A stretch of 64,000 bases of DNA from Candidatus Omnitrophota bacterium (GCA_014728075.1 WJMG01000027.1:696-64695); one strand, 5' to 3'; numbered from the stretch's first letter, positions 29,453 to 39,305 are shown. Numbers and translations are program-made. Notes: generated from the letters alone by a model not told the origin.

Positions 29453-30271
29453 TCAGATCCTTTCCACAGAACGCAGGGTAGCGGTCACTCTCCCGAAGGG
29501 GATCCAGACACGGCCGTAAAGAGGATATTTCCTTTTTCCCGCCTCGAAATACATCCATCCGTGCCCTTTTTTAACCTCTTTCCCCTTAAGCGCGGCGTAC
29601 GGAACGAGTTTAAAAGCGGGGAATTCGCCCAGCCGCGGGAGTTTAATGACATCGAGGTCTTCAACACGGCCGTAAAGATCGTAGTTCTTCTCGTTGAGCG
29701 TGATCACCATGTGCACATTATCTCCCGGCCCTACAGACATGGTCATAAAACGGCACATGGCGCTTACCGGGTCCTGCACCTCGGGCCCTATAGCGCATTT
29801 TTTTACGGACCCGTCGGTAAGATTGGTATGTATGGCTTGCATGTCCTCAAAATCGTACTCGACGACAAGATGTTTTCTGTAGTTTCCTTCCCTCCGGTCC
29901 GCCTCGAAACGCATGCTGGTCATAGTTTCCGTGTCGATGTACGAAGTATAAACATCCTCAACGCGGTATATCTTCGAAAGGAACCTGTTGGATTCCGTGA
30001 CCACGGAAACCACATACACATCCCTCCCCCTGTACTCTTTTATCCCGTAACTTGTGGCAATTATCTTTCCTATGGGCACCCCGTTCCAGGCCATAAGGTA
30101 GGTAAAGCGTATATCGGTCGGGAAATCGACTCTCCTGGACATGCCGGCCGTTACGGTTTCCCTGGTCACCCCGCCGACCTCGCCCAGCTGCTTGATCTTC
30201 CCCGTAGAGGCACATCCCGACGAAAGAAGGGAAAGCAGCACAAAGATAGTTAAGGGTTTTAATTTTTCCAT
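29453..30271 (-). CDS. Lipoprotein, DUF3108-like
   Basis: Lipobox-like SSG-C; IYRVEDVYTSYID, REGNY, VQDPVS. Confidence 0.7.
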   Translation of the reverse strand: MEKLKPLTIFVLLSLLSSGCASTGKIKQLGEVGGVTRETVTAGMSRRVDFPTDIRFTYLMAWNGVPIGKIIATSYGIKEYRGRDVYVVSVVTESNRFLSKIYRVEDVYTSYIDTETMTSMRFEADRREGNYRKHLVVEYDFEDMQAIHTNLTDGSVKKCAIGPEVQDPVSAMCRFMTMSVGPGDNVHMVITLNEKNYDLYGRVEDLDVIKLPRLGEFPAFKLVPYAALKGKEVKKGHGWMYFEAGKRKYPLYGRVWIPFGRVTATLRSVERI

Positions 30272-30372
30272 ATTTTATATTATAATCTAAGGAAGTATTA
30301 CCCTACAAGAAATAGCGAAGAGCGTCAAGTCTAAACATATTATCGGTTCCGCCCATCCAGAGAGGAGATACG

Positions 30373-30918
30373 ATGAAAAGCTTCCTTGATCTCGCGAAAC
30401 AGCGAAGAAGCGTAAGGACTTACATCAACCGTAAGATCACGCGTTCCCATCTAGAGAAATGCGTGGAAGCCGCCCGCTTCGCCCCTTCAGCCTGCAATTC
30501 CCAGGAGTGGAGATTTGTAGCGGTGGACTCTCCCGAAAAGAAAAAAGAAATAGACGGGACCTTCAAGGGCCCCTACGCCATGAACAGTTTCGCTTCGGGC
30601 TGCGCCGCCTACATCGTAATAGTACTCGACAGTCTCAAGACCACGGCCTGGGCCGGGGGCAAGGTAATGGGCACGGATTTCCGGAGAATAGATATCGGGA
30701 TAGCGTGCGACCACATAGTTATGCAGGCACAGGACCTGGGTATCGGCAGCTGCATCCTCGGGTGGTTCAACGAAAAGGCCGTCAAAAGGATACTGAATGT
30801 GCCCCGCAACAGAAAGATAGAACTTTTGATATCTCTGGGATACCCGGATCCGGGAAAAGAGAAACTTGAGAAATACATGAAAGACAGAAAAGAAGTGCTG
30901 GGATTCAATACATACTAA
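30373..30918 (+). CDS. Nitroreductase family protein
   Basis: RRSVR, APSACNSQEWRF, LGIGSC, LGYP. Confidence 0.93.
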   Translation: MKSFLDLAKQRRSVRTYINRKITRSHLEKCVEAARFAPSACNSQEWRFVAVDSPEKKKEIDGTFKGPYAMNSFASGCAAYIVIVLDSLKTTAWAGGKVMGTDFRRIDIGIACDHIVMQAQDLGIGSCILGWFNEKAVKRILNVPRNRKIELLISLGYPDPGKEKLEKYMKDRKEVLGFNTY

Positions 30919-30947
30919 AACGGGTCTCAGGAAGAACGGCATAAAAT

Positions 30948-30977
30948 AAAAAGCCCGGCTTTTCAGCCGGGCTTTTT
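30948..30977. terminator. Bidirectional terminator
   Basis: A5-GCCCGGCT-tttc-AGCCGGGC-T5. Confidence 0.85.
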
Positions 30978-31004
30978 GCCGAAGAAACTTACATAAAACA
31001 CAAT

Positions 31005-31286
31005 TTATTCGCTTTCCGGATACCAGAAGGTAGCTATCTTCCAGATCCCGCCGACGAACCTCGCTATACCCCTTCCCACATCATCATTGGTCTTATCCGT
31101 GGAGTCGGAATAGGCCGGAGAACCCTTGGTCCCGGTCTCGTCGATATTGTCAGGCACCTCAAGCTGGCCGTACAGTATATCATCCAGCCCCTGACCGAGG
31201 TTCTTTAAAGGCTTGTTCGTTGATGCAAAAGCGCTGACATTGAATAAAAGTGCGGCTACTACTATAAGTATAAAAAGCTTCTTCAT
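31005..31286 (-). CDS. Small exported protein resembling exosortase-system-associated TIGR04073 family
   Basis: Signal peptide AFA; KNLGQGL..ILYG.LEVP and G.ARFVGG.W.IATF. Confidence 0.55.
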   Translation of the reverse strand: MKKLFILIVVAALLFNVSAFASTNKPLKNLGQGLDDILYGQLEVPDNIDETGTKGSPAYSDSTDKTNDDVGRGIARFVGGIWKIATFWYPESE

Positions 31287-31313
31287 CTTCACCCCCTTTA
31301 ACCTTTAGCTTGG

Positions 31314-31342
31314 AGTATATCCCATATATGGCAAATTGTCAA
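31314..31342 (-). promoter_or_regulatory. sigma70 promoter
   Basis: TTGACA-N17-TATACT. Confidence 0.8.
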
Positions 31343-31379
31343 TATTTTGATGTCAAAATATTTTCTAGTATTAATATCA

Positions 31380-31886
31380 TCAAATAATACCGGCGAACTT
31401 CAACGCGCAGATCGTCTTGGAATCCAGGATCTTCCCGGCTGAAAAAAGCGCTCTGACCTCTTTTTTGCCCAATATCCTCACATCTACACATTCATCGGGA
31501 TCACCCTGAGCGTCGGAGGCGCCTGAACATTCAGCTCTGTATATGTGTATCATCTCGTTACAAAAACCCGGGGTGGTATACACGACTCCCAGCTTCTTCA
31601 AAGACGAGACCTTGAAACCCGTTTCCTCGGCAGCTTCTCGTTTAGCGCAGGAATAGGGTGTTTCCCCCTCTTCAAGCGTACCCGCGGGAAGCTCCCATAT
31701 GTATTTCTCTATAACGCCACGGTACTGCCTTATCATAACGACCTTTCCCTTTAAGAATGGCACTATAAGCGCGGCCCCCGGGTGATCTATCTCCTCGAAG
31801 TAGGCCTGCGCCCCGTTAGGCATTTTCTTATGACTCTCATACAGGTTGAGCAATTTACCCTTGTAGACGCTTTTTCTTTTCGTCAT
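31380..31886 (-). CDS. NUDIX hydrolase (ADP-ribose pyrophosphatase-like)
   Basis: ELPAGTLEEGETPYSCAKREAAEETG Nudix box; TPGF. Confidence 0.92.
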   Translation of the reverse strand: MTKRKSVYKGKLLNLYESHKKMPNGAQAYFEEIDHPGAALIVPFLKGKVVMIRQYRGVIEKYIWELPAGTLEEGETPYSCAKREAAEETGFKVSSLKKLGVVYTTPGFCNEMIHIYRAECSGASDAQGDPDECVDVRILGKKEVRALFSAGKILDSKTICALKFAGII

Positions 31887-31988
31887 TATAACCTCTCTCT
31901 CCTCCTTAAAAAAGGAGTATACCGTATCACAAGCGTATCAACAAGAACTAATGTTCCGGAGGCCGCGATACACGGAACACTGCAGGAC

Positions 31989-32025
31989 AAAAAAATAGGG
32001 CACGATGTTATCCATCGTGCCCCTT
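31989..32025 (-). terminator. Intrinsic terminator
   Basis: GGGCACGATG..CATCGTGCCC with A-tract on the left. Confidence 0.75.
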
Positions 32026-32058
32026 AAACTATAACCTTAACGCCTGCCGCCAAGCGTA

Positions 32059-32430
32059 TTATTTTTTCAAATAGTCGAGAATAGCCTGGTCCTTCTTCGC
32101 TTCCCATTCCTTTTTGAAATCCGCCTTGTGTTTTGTTTTTAATGCGGGCATTACCGTATAAGTGTTATAGACGCCCTTCCTGAAAGAGCTGGCGACCTTC
32201 TCGTTTCCCCCGAACGGTGTGACCTTTACCATCAGAGTCGACAAAAGAAGAACCGTTGTCATACATACCGCGCTATATTTCAGGGCTTTGTGGGCGGAAA
32301 GCGCTTCGCTTTTACATTTCATAGATACTCCGAAATCAAGATCCCCTTTAAGGTACTCTCCTGCGATGTTCGCGGCTTCCTCTCGATTTGACGCCTCACA
32401 TATAACTTCAATTATGGTCCTGTACTTCAT
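32059..32430 (-). CDS. Hypothetical protein with one TM helix
   Basis: ORF with purine-rich SD, its own promoter region and terminator. Confidence 0.65.
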   Translation of the reverse strand: MKYRTIIEVICEASNREEAANIAGEYLKGDLDFGVSMKCKSEALSAHKALKYSAVCMTTVLLLSTLMVKVTPFGGNEKVASSFRKGVYNTYTVMPALKTKHKADFKKEWEAKKDQAILDYLKK

Positions 32431-32669
32431 TTCCTTTTCCTCCAAAATGGTTAAAACAGCTTACTTTTCTTTCATTTACAAGTTTACACCCAATAAAAGC
32501 TTAAGTCAACTAGCTTTTTTAAACCTTAATGAATATGAAAATTATTCGTGAGTTTAGTAACAATGATTAATATCATCAGATTTTCTAACTTGTTAATTCT
32601 TAACAGTTGAGGCAAAAAAAAGGCCCGGAGAAACCCCGGACCCTTGTCGTCTCATCTTCCCGTGCTTAT

Positions 32670-33464
32670 TTAAACATTTGCCCCGCCTAATATACGGACT
32701 GCCTCGTCATGTATTAACCCGTTCGTGGCCAGAACGGAACCGGAACGAATATCGTAACCCTCGCCCGTGATCGAAGTTACCCTGCCCCCGGCTTCCATCA
32801 CCAGGAGAAAACCGGCGGCCGTATCCCAGGGATGAAGGTCCATCTCCCAGAATCCGTCCAGACGGCCGCAGGCCACATAACAAAGGTCAAGGGCCGCAGC
32901 ACCGGGACGCCTGACCGCCTGTGTCTCGGCAAGCATCACCTTAAAATACTCAAGGTTCTTTATTTTGCGGTCAATGTTATAAGCGAACCCCGTCGCGAAA
33001 AGAGAACTTTTCAGTTCTTTTGCCCGGGAAACACTCATCCTTTCACCGTTCAGGAACGCGCCTTCGCCTCCGGCCGCGGAGAACAGTTCGTCCCTGTTGG
33101 GATCGTAGACCGCCGCAACGGCGGGTTTGCCTCCGGCATAGACGCCCACCGAGGTGCAATATACCGGAAAACCGTGGGCAAAATTAGTGGTGCCGTCGAT
33201 AGGGTCTACGATCCATGTATAATTTTCGGTCCTGTCTTCACGGCCGCTCTCCTCGGCAAGAATGGAATGTCCCGGAAAGAACTCTTTTATGTTATCCAGG
33301 ACTATTTTTTCGCACTTCCGGTCCACATCGGTGACCAGGTCGTTGAACCCGCTCTTATGGCTTATCTGCTTATCTCCGCGCATGCGGCTAAGAGCGTATC
33401 TTCCGGCTTCTCTGGCCGCGGCCTCCGCCACTTCTTTTATTTTCTTCAGATCTTCCATGACCAT
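32670..33464 (-). CDS. suhB: Inositol monophosphatase family protein
   Basis: DLVT.VD, EE, WIVDPIDGTTNF, WDTAAG. Confidence 0.9.
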   Translation of the reverse strand: MVMEDLKKIKEVAEAAAREAGRYALSRMRGDKQISHKSGFNDLVTDVDRKCEKIVLDNIKEFFPGHSILAEESGREDRTENYTWIVDPIDGTTNFAHGFPVYCTSVGVYAGGKPAVAAVYDPNRDELFSAAGGEGAFLNGERMSVSRAKELKSSLFATGFAYNIDRKIKNLEYFKVMLAETQAVRRPGAAALDLCYVACGRLDGFWEMDLHPWDTAAGFLLVMEAGGRVTSITGEGYDIRSGSVLATNGLIHDEAVRILGGANV

Positions 33465-33498
33465 CCTTTACATTTCCGTAAAACCTGCAGCCTGAACG

Positions 33499-34191
33499 CT
33501 ACACGCCGTACGCTAAACACTGGACATTCCTCTTCATCCTCCCCAGAGGGCACTCTCTGCACAAGGGCGACTTTTTCCTGCAATACCTCTTACCGGTCTC
33601 CACTATGTAAGCGTGGAAAGCGTTAAGCTGTTCCACTGTCCGCGGAAAATTGTCGTGAACGAGGTTCCGGAGCTCGTCATAGGGGGGCTCTTTATCTATC
33701 AGCAAATGTCTCTTGAAGATCCTCTTAGTATACGCGTCAACGACAAATACCGGCCTGCAAAGAGCGTACAGCAAGATACTGTCAGCGGTCTCAGGGCCGA
33801 TTCCGTTGACGCTTAGAAGTTTACCTCTCAAAATATCCGTATCAATACCACTTAAAAGTTTGATCTCCCCGGAACATTCGTTTTCCAGAAAAGAACAGAG
33901 GTTCTTGAGCTTTCGGGCTTTCTGCCTGAAATAACCCGCCGGCCTTATAAGAACGGCCAGCTCGCCGTCCTTCACACGGGAGAGAGCTTCCGGGGAAAGC
34001 AAGCCCCTTGACCTCAGGGCGGATATCGCCTTCTCGACATTGGACCAGGCGGTATTCTGGGTCAGAATGGCACCGACCATTACCTCGAACGGACCGTCCG
34101 CGGGCCACCACCCCAGATCGCCGTACCTCTTCTCAAAAGCGGAATAGATGCTCTTCAGCCTCCTATTCACTCTTAACGCCTGACGCTTCAC
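33499..34191 (-). CDS. HhH-GPD endonuclease III-related DNA glycosylase
   Basis: GAILTQNT.W, GIGPETAD, VVDAY, C-x6-C-x2-C. Confidence 0.9.
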   Translation of the reverse strand: MKRQALRVNRRLKSIYSAFEKRYGDLGWWPADGPFEVMVGAILTQNTAWSNVEKAISALRSRGLLSPEALSRVKDGELAVLIRPAGYFRQKARKLKNLCSFLENECSGEIKLLSGIDTDILRGKLLSVNGIGPETADSILLYALCRPVFVVDAYTKRIFKRHLLIDKEPPYDELRNLVHDNFPRTVEQLNAFHAYIVETGKRYCRKKSPLCRECPLGRMKRNVQCLAYGV

Positions 34192-35306
34192 GCCTTACGA
34201 TTCCCGCTGCTTACCGCCATCTCTATCCTTTCGGCTATCGGCGGATGGTCGTAAAAGAATATTTTCTTTAAAAGAGCGGGGCTCTTTTCGGCGAGATTCA
34301 TTCCGGCAAGCCGCTCCATGGCCCCGACAAAAGCTTTCGCGTTACCGGTAAGCTCAAGCGCGAAACGGTCCGACTGCTTCTCCAGGATCCTCGAAAACAG
34401 ATTCTGAACAGGCAGTACGGCGAAACCGAATACACCCATCAGAAGAACGAGGGCGGGAAACAGAGAAAGGTCGTCAACACCCGGCGCTCCGGTGGCCGCC
34501 GCGATTTGAGCCGCCGCCATGTACAGGAGGTAAAACCCCAGGTAAGCGGTGATCGCCGAGAACGCGAGCAGCTTCCATATATGCCTGTATTTCAAATGCC
34601 CGAATTCGTGCGCGACGACCACACGGACCTCATCCAGGGGAAAAGCTGAAATGAGGGTATCTCCAAGAACAACCCGTCTTGTGCCCCCCAGACCGACCAG
34701 CGCGGCGTTAGCTTTCCTGGTTTTAGAGCTAAGGTCGATCTTTAAAACATCCGTCAGGGGTATACCGGCCTTTCCGGAAAGTTCAAATATAGCCTCCTTT
34801 AGTTCCTCTTCCTCCACCGGCGTGTATTTATAGAACAAAGGAACTATCAGAACGGGAAGCAAACGGGCCAGGACCACGGAAAAAAGCACCCAGAGGGACG
34901 ACACCACTATCCACCATGACCCCGGAAAAGCACGGAGAACAAGATAAAAGACCTCGGCGCAGGTTATATACAGGATAAAAGAAAGCGTTACGGCCTTTGC
35001 CTCGTCTTTTAACCACGACAGGAAAGATCTTTCGGAAAGACCGAACTTTTTCTCGAGAACGAACGAGGAGAAAAAGTGCAGGGGGAAAGATACAAGATAC
35101 ATAAATACCAGAAAGGCCGAAATATATAAAAAACAGGAGACAAAGAAAGAAGAACTCCTTGCTGAAACCCATTGCGAAAGAGCTTCAGAGGCGAATATCC
35201 AGAAAAAGAGAACCGCCCCCAGGCTCAAAAGTATATCCGCGATCAAGATACGGAACTTGACCGCGGAATACTTTTTCGCGTCACTGTCCTTCGGACCATA
35301 GGCCAT
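34188..35306 (-). CDS. M48 family membrane metalloprotease (Ste24-like)
   Basis: NAALVG, DTL, AHEFGH, E..D, DHPPI.ERI. Confidence 0.92.
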   Translation of the reverse strand: MAYGPKDSDAKKYSAVKFRILIADILLSLGAVLFFWIFASEALSQWVSARSSSFFVSCFLYISAFLVFMYLVSFPLHFFSSFVLEKKFGLSERSFLSWLKDEAKAVTLSFILYITCAEVFYLVLRAFPGSWWIVVSSLWVLFSVVLARLLPVLIVPLFYKYTPVEEEELKEAIFELSGKAGIPLTDVLKIDLSSKTRKANAALVGLGGTRRVVLGDTLISAFPLDEVRVVVAHEFGHLKYRHIWKLLAFSAITAYLGFYLLYMAAAQIAAATGAPGVDDLSLFPALVLLMGVFGFAVLPVQNLFSRILEKQSDRFALELTGNAKAFVGAMERLAGMNLAEKSPALLKKIFFYDHPPIAERIEMAVSSGNRKA

Positions 35307-36319
35307 CAGCGCTTTTCTACCTCCGAGATCGCGAGCTTGGCCCTTTTCCTGACCTTGCTGGATTCGGCTTTCAGCATAGGCTCGAGGATCTCCTTATCGG
35401 AGCTGTCACCCATTTCACCTACTACTTTTATGGAAGAAAGCTTGACCGACATGTGCTCGTCGTCAAGATGCTGCTTTGCCACCTCGAGCGCCTCGGGGCT
35501 TTTCCTCCTGCCGAGAGCGAGTATGGCCCTGCTGGCCACGCGGGGATCAAGGGAATTAGCCGACTCGACGAGGAACTCGTCCACGCCGTTGACCTTCAAG
35601 GTCGCCAGCCTCGATATGGCTACGGTCCGTATATTGGTGTCGGGATCCTTTGTCAGCCACACAAGGGGCTGCAGGCAATCCTGGGTGCCTATAAGGCCCA
35701 GCGCTTTTGCCACGGTCAGCCTTACTCCGGGATCATAGTCCCTGACCATTTCGGTCAGATAAGGCACGGCTTCCTCGGACCTGAGCCTTCCGAGGGCCGC
35801 TACGGCATACATCCTTACCCTGGGGTCGTAATCGCCGAGAGCCGCTATAAAAAGGTCCGTATCGCTTTCCGGGGCGAGTTTAGCGAGAGCCCTTACGGCG
35901 TTGAACCTGACATTGGGGAAACTGTCGGTCAGAAGCCTTTTCAAAGGCTCTACCGACTTCCCGGTGCCTATCGCGCCCAGTGTCTTCGCGGCTTCCTGCC
36001 TTACCTTCTGGCTTCTGTCCCTGAGCATGACTATAACTTCCTCCTCCACGGAGGAATCCGCCGTTTCGGCCAGTATCTTCAGAGCCGCAACTCTGGCGAA
36101 CTCGTCGGTCTGGTCATCGAGCACCGGTAGAACATATTCCACGACTTCGCCATCGTAAGAGGCGAGATCCCTCATGGCATCCATCCTCCTGGGCTTTTCG
36201 TAAAGCTCCTTTACCAGCCTCTTTATCTTGTAGTTAGTTCCCGAACCGCCGTCATCGGCCGACGCGGGCGAACATAAAAAAGCGGCCGCCGCTATTAAAA
36301 TAAAAACCTTTTTGAACAT
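35306..36319 (-). CDS. Exported HEAT-repeat protein
   Basis: Signal peptide; repeated D....VR..A..ALG units. Confidence 0.88.
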   Translation of the reverse strand: MFKKVFILIAAAAFLCSPASADDGGSGTNYKIKRLVKELYEKPRRMDAMRDLASYDGEVVEYVLPVLDDQTDEFARVAALKILAETADSSVEEEVIVMLRDRSQKVRQEAAKTLGAIGTGKSVEPLKRLLTDSFPNVRFNAVRALAKLAPESDTDLFIAALGDYDPRVRMYAVAALGRLRSEEAVPYLTEMVRDYDPGVRLTVAKALGLIGTQDCLQPLVWLTKDPDTNIRTVAISRLATLKVNGVDEFLVESANSLDPRVASRAILALGRRKSPEALEVAKQHLDDEHMSVKLSSIKVVGEMGDSSDKEILEPMLKAESSKVRKRAKLAISEVEKR

Positions 36320-36363
36320 CCCGTTATCCTCCTTTGGCGCGGGAACGCGCCTTTACTTTGCAG

Positions 36364-36762
36364 CTACGATCTTTTTTTCTTCCGGGAAGAGGGCTTTTTA
36401 CCGGCCCCTGCCCCGGATGACATCTTATTGAGCTTCTTTTTTATTTTATCGCCTTCGGTATTTATCTTCTGCAGACGCTTCTTGTATTTATCCAGATCGG
36501 CGACATCAAGGTCCCCTTTCATCAGCTTTTCCGCCACATATTTGCCCATTTCGTGAAAGAGCTTTTCTTTCTGCACATTCTTCATCTGTATCTCCAGATG
36601 CGTCTGGGCAACACGGTACATCTTGGAGATATCTTCTTCCGCCGCCTTCATGGCTTTGGAGAGATGCACCCCCGTCCTCTCCATTACGGGCTGCATCCTC
36701 TTGACCAGTTTATCCATCTCCCCTCTGAAATCTTTCTTTTTGGTCGTTTTCTTCTTTGCCAT
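36364..36762 (-). CDS. Lysine-rich helical hypothetical protein
   Basis: GGAGG SD; in operon after lpxA. Confidence 0.7.
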   Translation of the reverse strand: MAKKKTTKKKDFRGEMDKLVKRMQPVMERTGVHLSKAMKAAEEDISKMYRVAQTHLEIQMKNVQKEKLFHEMGKYVAEKLMKGDLDVADLDKYKKRLQKINTEGDKIKKKLNKMSSGAGAGKKPSSRKKKRS

Positions 36763-36782
36763 TTGTCCCTCCTCTGTAATAT

Positions 36783-37580
36783 TTAATTTTCGAAATATGC
36801 TTCCTTTTCGTACCGCACCCTGCAGATACCTCTCTTTGAGTTCTCTATAAAATCAACGAGACACTTTACTTCGTCCGATCTCAACCTGTCGCCGATCTCA
36901 GCTATAGCCTCGGCCTGCAATTTTCCGGACAGATAAAGCAGGCGGTACGCTTCCTTGATCTCCCGGACAGCTTCCCTGCTGAAGCCCGCCCTTTTGAGGC
37001 CTATAAGGTTAACTCCCCTGATGACCGAAGGCCCCCTGACTATCATGTAGGGGGGTACATCCTTGTTGACCCCCGTAAAACCTCCTATCATCGCGTACGC
37101 TCCGACCCGGCAGAATTGATGAAAAACCACATTCCCGGAAATAAAAGCGCCTTTCCCCACCTCCATGTGTCCGGCGAGTATGGCGCTGTTCGCCACTATT
37201 ACATTATCGGCTATCCTGCAGTTGTGCCCTACATGCGCCTGGGCCATAAGCATGACATTATCCCCTATAACGGTACTGCTCTCTTCCTGGGTCCCCCTGT
37301 GGACGGTGACATATTCCCGTATAACGCAGTTCTTTCCTATCCGGGTATAACTATTACCGCCGGAATAAGCCAGGTCCTGCGGCTCGTTACCTATGACCGC
37401 TCCCATATGAACTACGGTACCTTCGCCGATAGATGTGTTGCCGCAAAGATACGCGTTGGCCATGATCCTTACCCCCGGACCCACTTTTACATTTCCGTCA
37501 ATGATCACATTAGGCCCTATCTCGGCCGTTTCGTGTATCTCCGCCTTTTTATCCACCATGGCTGTCCTGTTCAAGGGCAT
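36783..37580 (-). CDS. lpxA: Acyl-ACP--UDP-N-acetylglucosamine O-acyltransferase
   Basis: Hexapeptide repeats, PQDL, IREYVTVHRGT, HVGHNC, HQF.RVG, DVPPY, N..GLKR.GF. Confidence 0.92.
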   Translation of the reverse strand: MPLNRTAMVDKKAEIHETAEIGPNVIIDGNVKVGPGVRIMANAYLCGNTSIGEGTVVHMGAVIGNEPQDLAYSGGNSYTRIGKNCVIREYVTVHRGTQEESSTVIGDNVMLMAQAHVGHNCRIADNVIVANSAILAGHMEVGKGAFISGNVVFHQFCRVGAYAMIGGFTGVNKDVPPYMIVRGPSVIRGVNLIGLKRAGFSREAVREIKEAYRLLYLSGKLQAEAIAEIGDRLRSDEVKCLVDFIENSKRGICRVRYEKEAYFEN

Positions 37581-37582
37581 AT

Positions 37583-37999
37583 TCAGACTCCTTCCCTGTC
37601 GAGTTTATCCACGAGATCGTTGATCACATCCGCTATAGGCTTAAGGTCGTGGTCCTTGTTCACCTGAAGCCTCACACTGTAATCTCCCTCATCTATGCGC
37701 TTTATGTCCTCCTCAAGCCGCTCCAGCGGAGCTACGAACCTGTAGGAAAGCACAACAGCCCAGCTGAGCATGCCTACGAACACTATCGGCAGCCCTACTG
37801 CCAGTATCAGGTTTATGCGGTAAACTACCGGCAAAAGGTCCCTGGCTATGAAATCGGGAAGCGCTATCTGTTCCGCGAGCACGGTGAATATAAAGTAATA
37901 AAGGCATCCTCCTACGAACACCGTCGGTATTATCATGGACAGGATGATAAGGAACAGGTATCGGGACTGTAATGATCGGTTAAGGTACTTGATGGCCAT
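37583..37999 (-). CDS. Two-TM HAMP-domain protein
   Basis: Two TM helices then PLERL..I..GD.S..L...D.L. Confidence 0.75.
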   Translation of the reverse strand: MAIKYLNRSLQSRYLFLIILSMIIPTVFVGGCLYYFIFTVLAEQIALPDFIARDLLPVVYRINLILAVGLPIVFVGMLSWAVVLSYRFVAPLERLEEDIKRIDEGDYSVRLQVNKDHDLKPIADVINDLVDKLDREGV

Positions 38000-38021
38000 C
38001 CTCCTGTTTTATTCAACCGGG

Positions 38022-38825
38022 CTATCTCTCTCTTTTTCTCAAAAGAGGTATCCTGGGAAGGCTTGGAAGCTCCAGTCTCCTCTGACTCCCCCCGGAGCTC
38101 TCTATAACATGTTCTACGCCCCCGGTATATCCGAGCGTTATATCCTTGTAATACGCCGAGGCGCTGGAATCGGTGCTGTCGGAATCGGTCATAACGGAGA
38201 CCGCCTCAACATCGACAGTAAGCTCCTCGCCGAAAAGTTCCAGATAATCCTTTTTGAGGTCCCGCCTCTCATGTTTCCATATCTCGGAAGGCCCCGACTG
38301 AAGTACCATTATCCTGACATTCTCCGTATAAGGGCTTACGGCGCTCCTTCCGACCGGAATTTCCCTGCACCAGACATATTGTATGGCTTTCATGTTAAGG
38401 AAGAACCTGGCGTGAAACACCACATACACCTGGGCGGCAAAATCGAAGACTTCCTTGTCTTGCAGGTCTTCCTCCGAACCGAGTTCGGGAAATTCCTCCG
38501 CCTTCCAGTCCCAGCTCACGAATGGGTCCCTTTCGTGGGAAAGCGGCTGCTTGTAATAAAGAGCGGAAGCCGAATCCTCGCTGATCGCTTTAAGGCAGTT
38601 CAAGCCTTCGTGTTCCGCCACCAGGTATTCGGTCTTTTTTTGACCCAGGAGCTTTCGATCCCATCCCTCAAGACCGGCCGGTGAAGAGAAAGGGAAATAC
38701 CGGACCACCTCATACTCCGAACCCTCAACTTCCTCTTCCCTGAGAGGAAAACGGTCTTTAAGGAACAGCAGGACAAGAACGGCGGCAAGAAAAAATAAGA
38801 AGATTACAATCCCTAATCGCCTCAC
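38022..38825 (-). CDS. DUF3047-like membrane-anchored protein
   Basis: SASAL, SWDWK, DFAAQVYVVF, YVW, SPY, MTDSD. Confidence 0.75.
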   Translation of the reverse strand: MRRLGIVIFLFFLAAVLVLLFLKDRFPLREEEVEGSEYEVVRYFPFSSPAGLEGWDRKLLGQKKTEYLVAEHEGLNCLKAISEDSASALYYKQPLSHERDPFVSWDWKAEEFPELGSEEDLQDKEVFDFAAQVYVVFHARFFLNMKAIQYVWCREIPVGRSAVSPYTENVRIMVLQSGPSEIWKHERRDLKKDYLELFGEELTVDVEAVSVMTDSDSTDSSASAYYKDITLGYTGGVEHVIESSGGSQRRLELPSLPRIPLLRKRER

Positions 38826-38840
38826 AGAACCGCCCCGGGC

Positions 38841-39194
38841 CTAGATCTTGATCTTTTCGGACCATTCGTTGATAATAGGCATTTTCCATTTATTGCCCAT
38901 CAGCACCTGCACTATACCGACGAGAGAAAGAATAGCGCATACAAGAGTCCCGATGAGTGAAACAAAAGTGCCCAGCAAAGGAATTATCCCTATTATCCCG
39001 AATCCGACTTCAACGATAAAAAGCATCAGACCCTGCCTGGCGTGGAACTTTACGAACGGATCCTCTTTTTTCATCAATATCGGGACAAGGCAAAGGATCC
39101 AAAGATACGCGAGTATCGCGTACACATTCTCGTTAGAAGCGTTATTCTCTTTTTTTACTCCGGCGCTTTCCGGTGTTTTCCTGTCTTCGTCCAT
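38841..39194 (-). CDS. DUF4870/Tic20-like small membrane protein
   Basis: AILAYL..LVP, FVKFHARQG, P.I; GGAGG SD. Confidence 0.8.
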   Translation of the reverse strand: MDEDRKTPESAGVKKENNASNENVYAILAYLWILCLVPILMKKEDPFVKFHARQGLMLFIVEVGFGIIGIIPLLGTFVSLIGTLVCAILSLVGIVQVLMGNKWKMPIINEWSEKIKI

Positions 39195-39305
39195 GGAACA
39201 TCCTCCTTCACTGATAAAGGTCGAATTCATACTGTCGTATCTTACCTCAATACTTACATATTTTAGTATTATTAATAATAAAGTCAATATATTCTTAAAT
39301 TTAGA

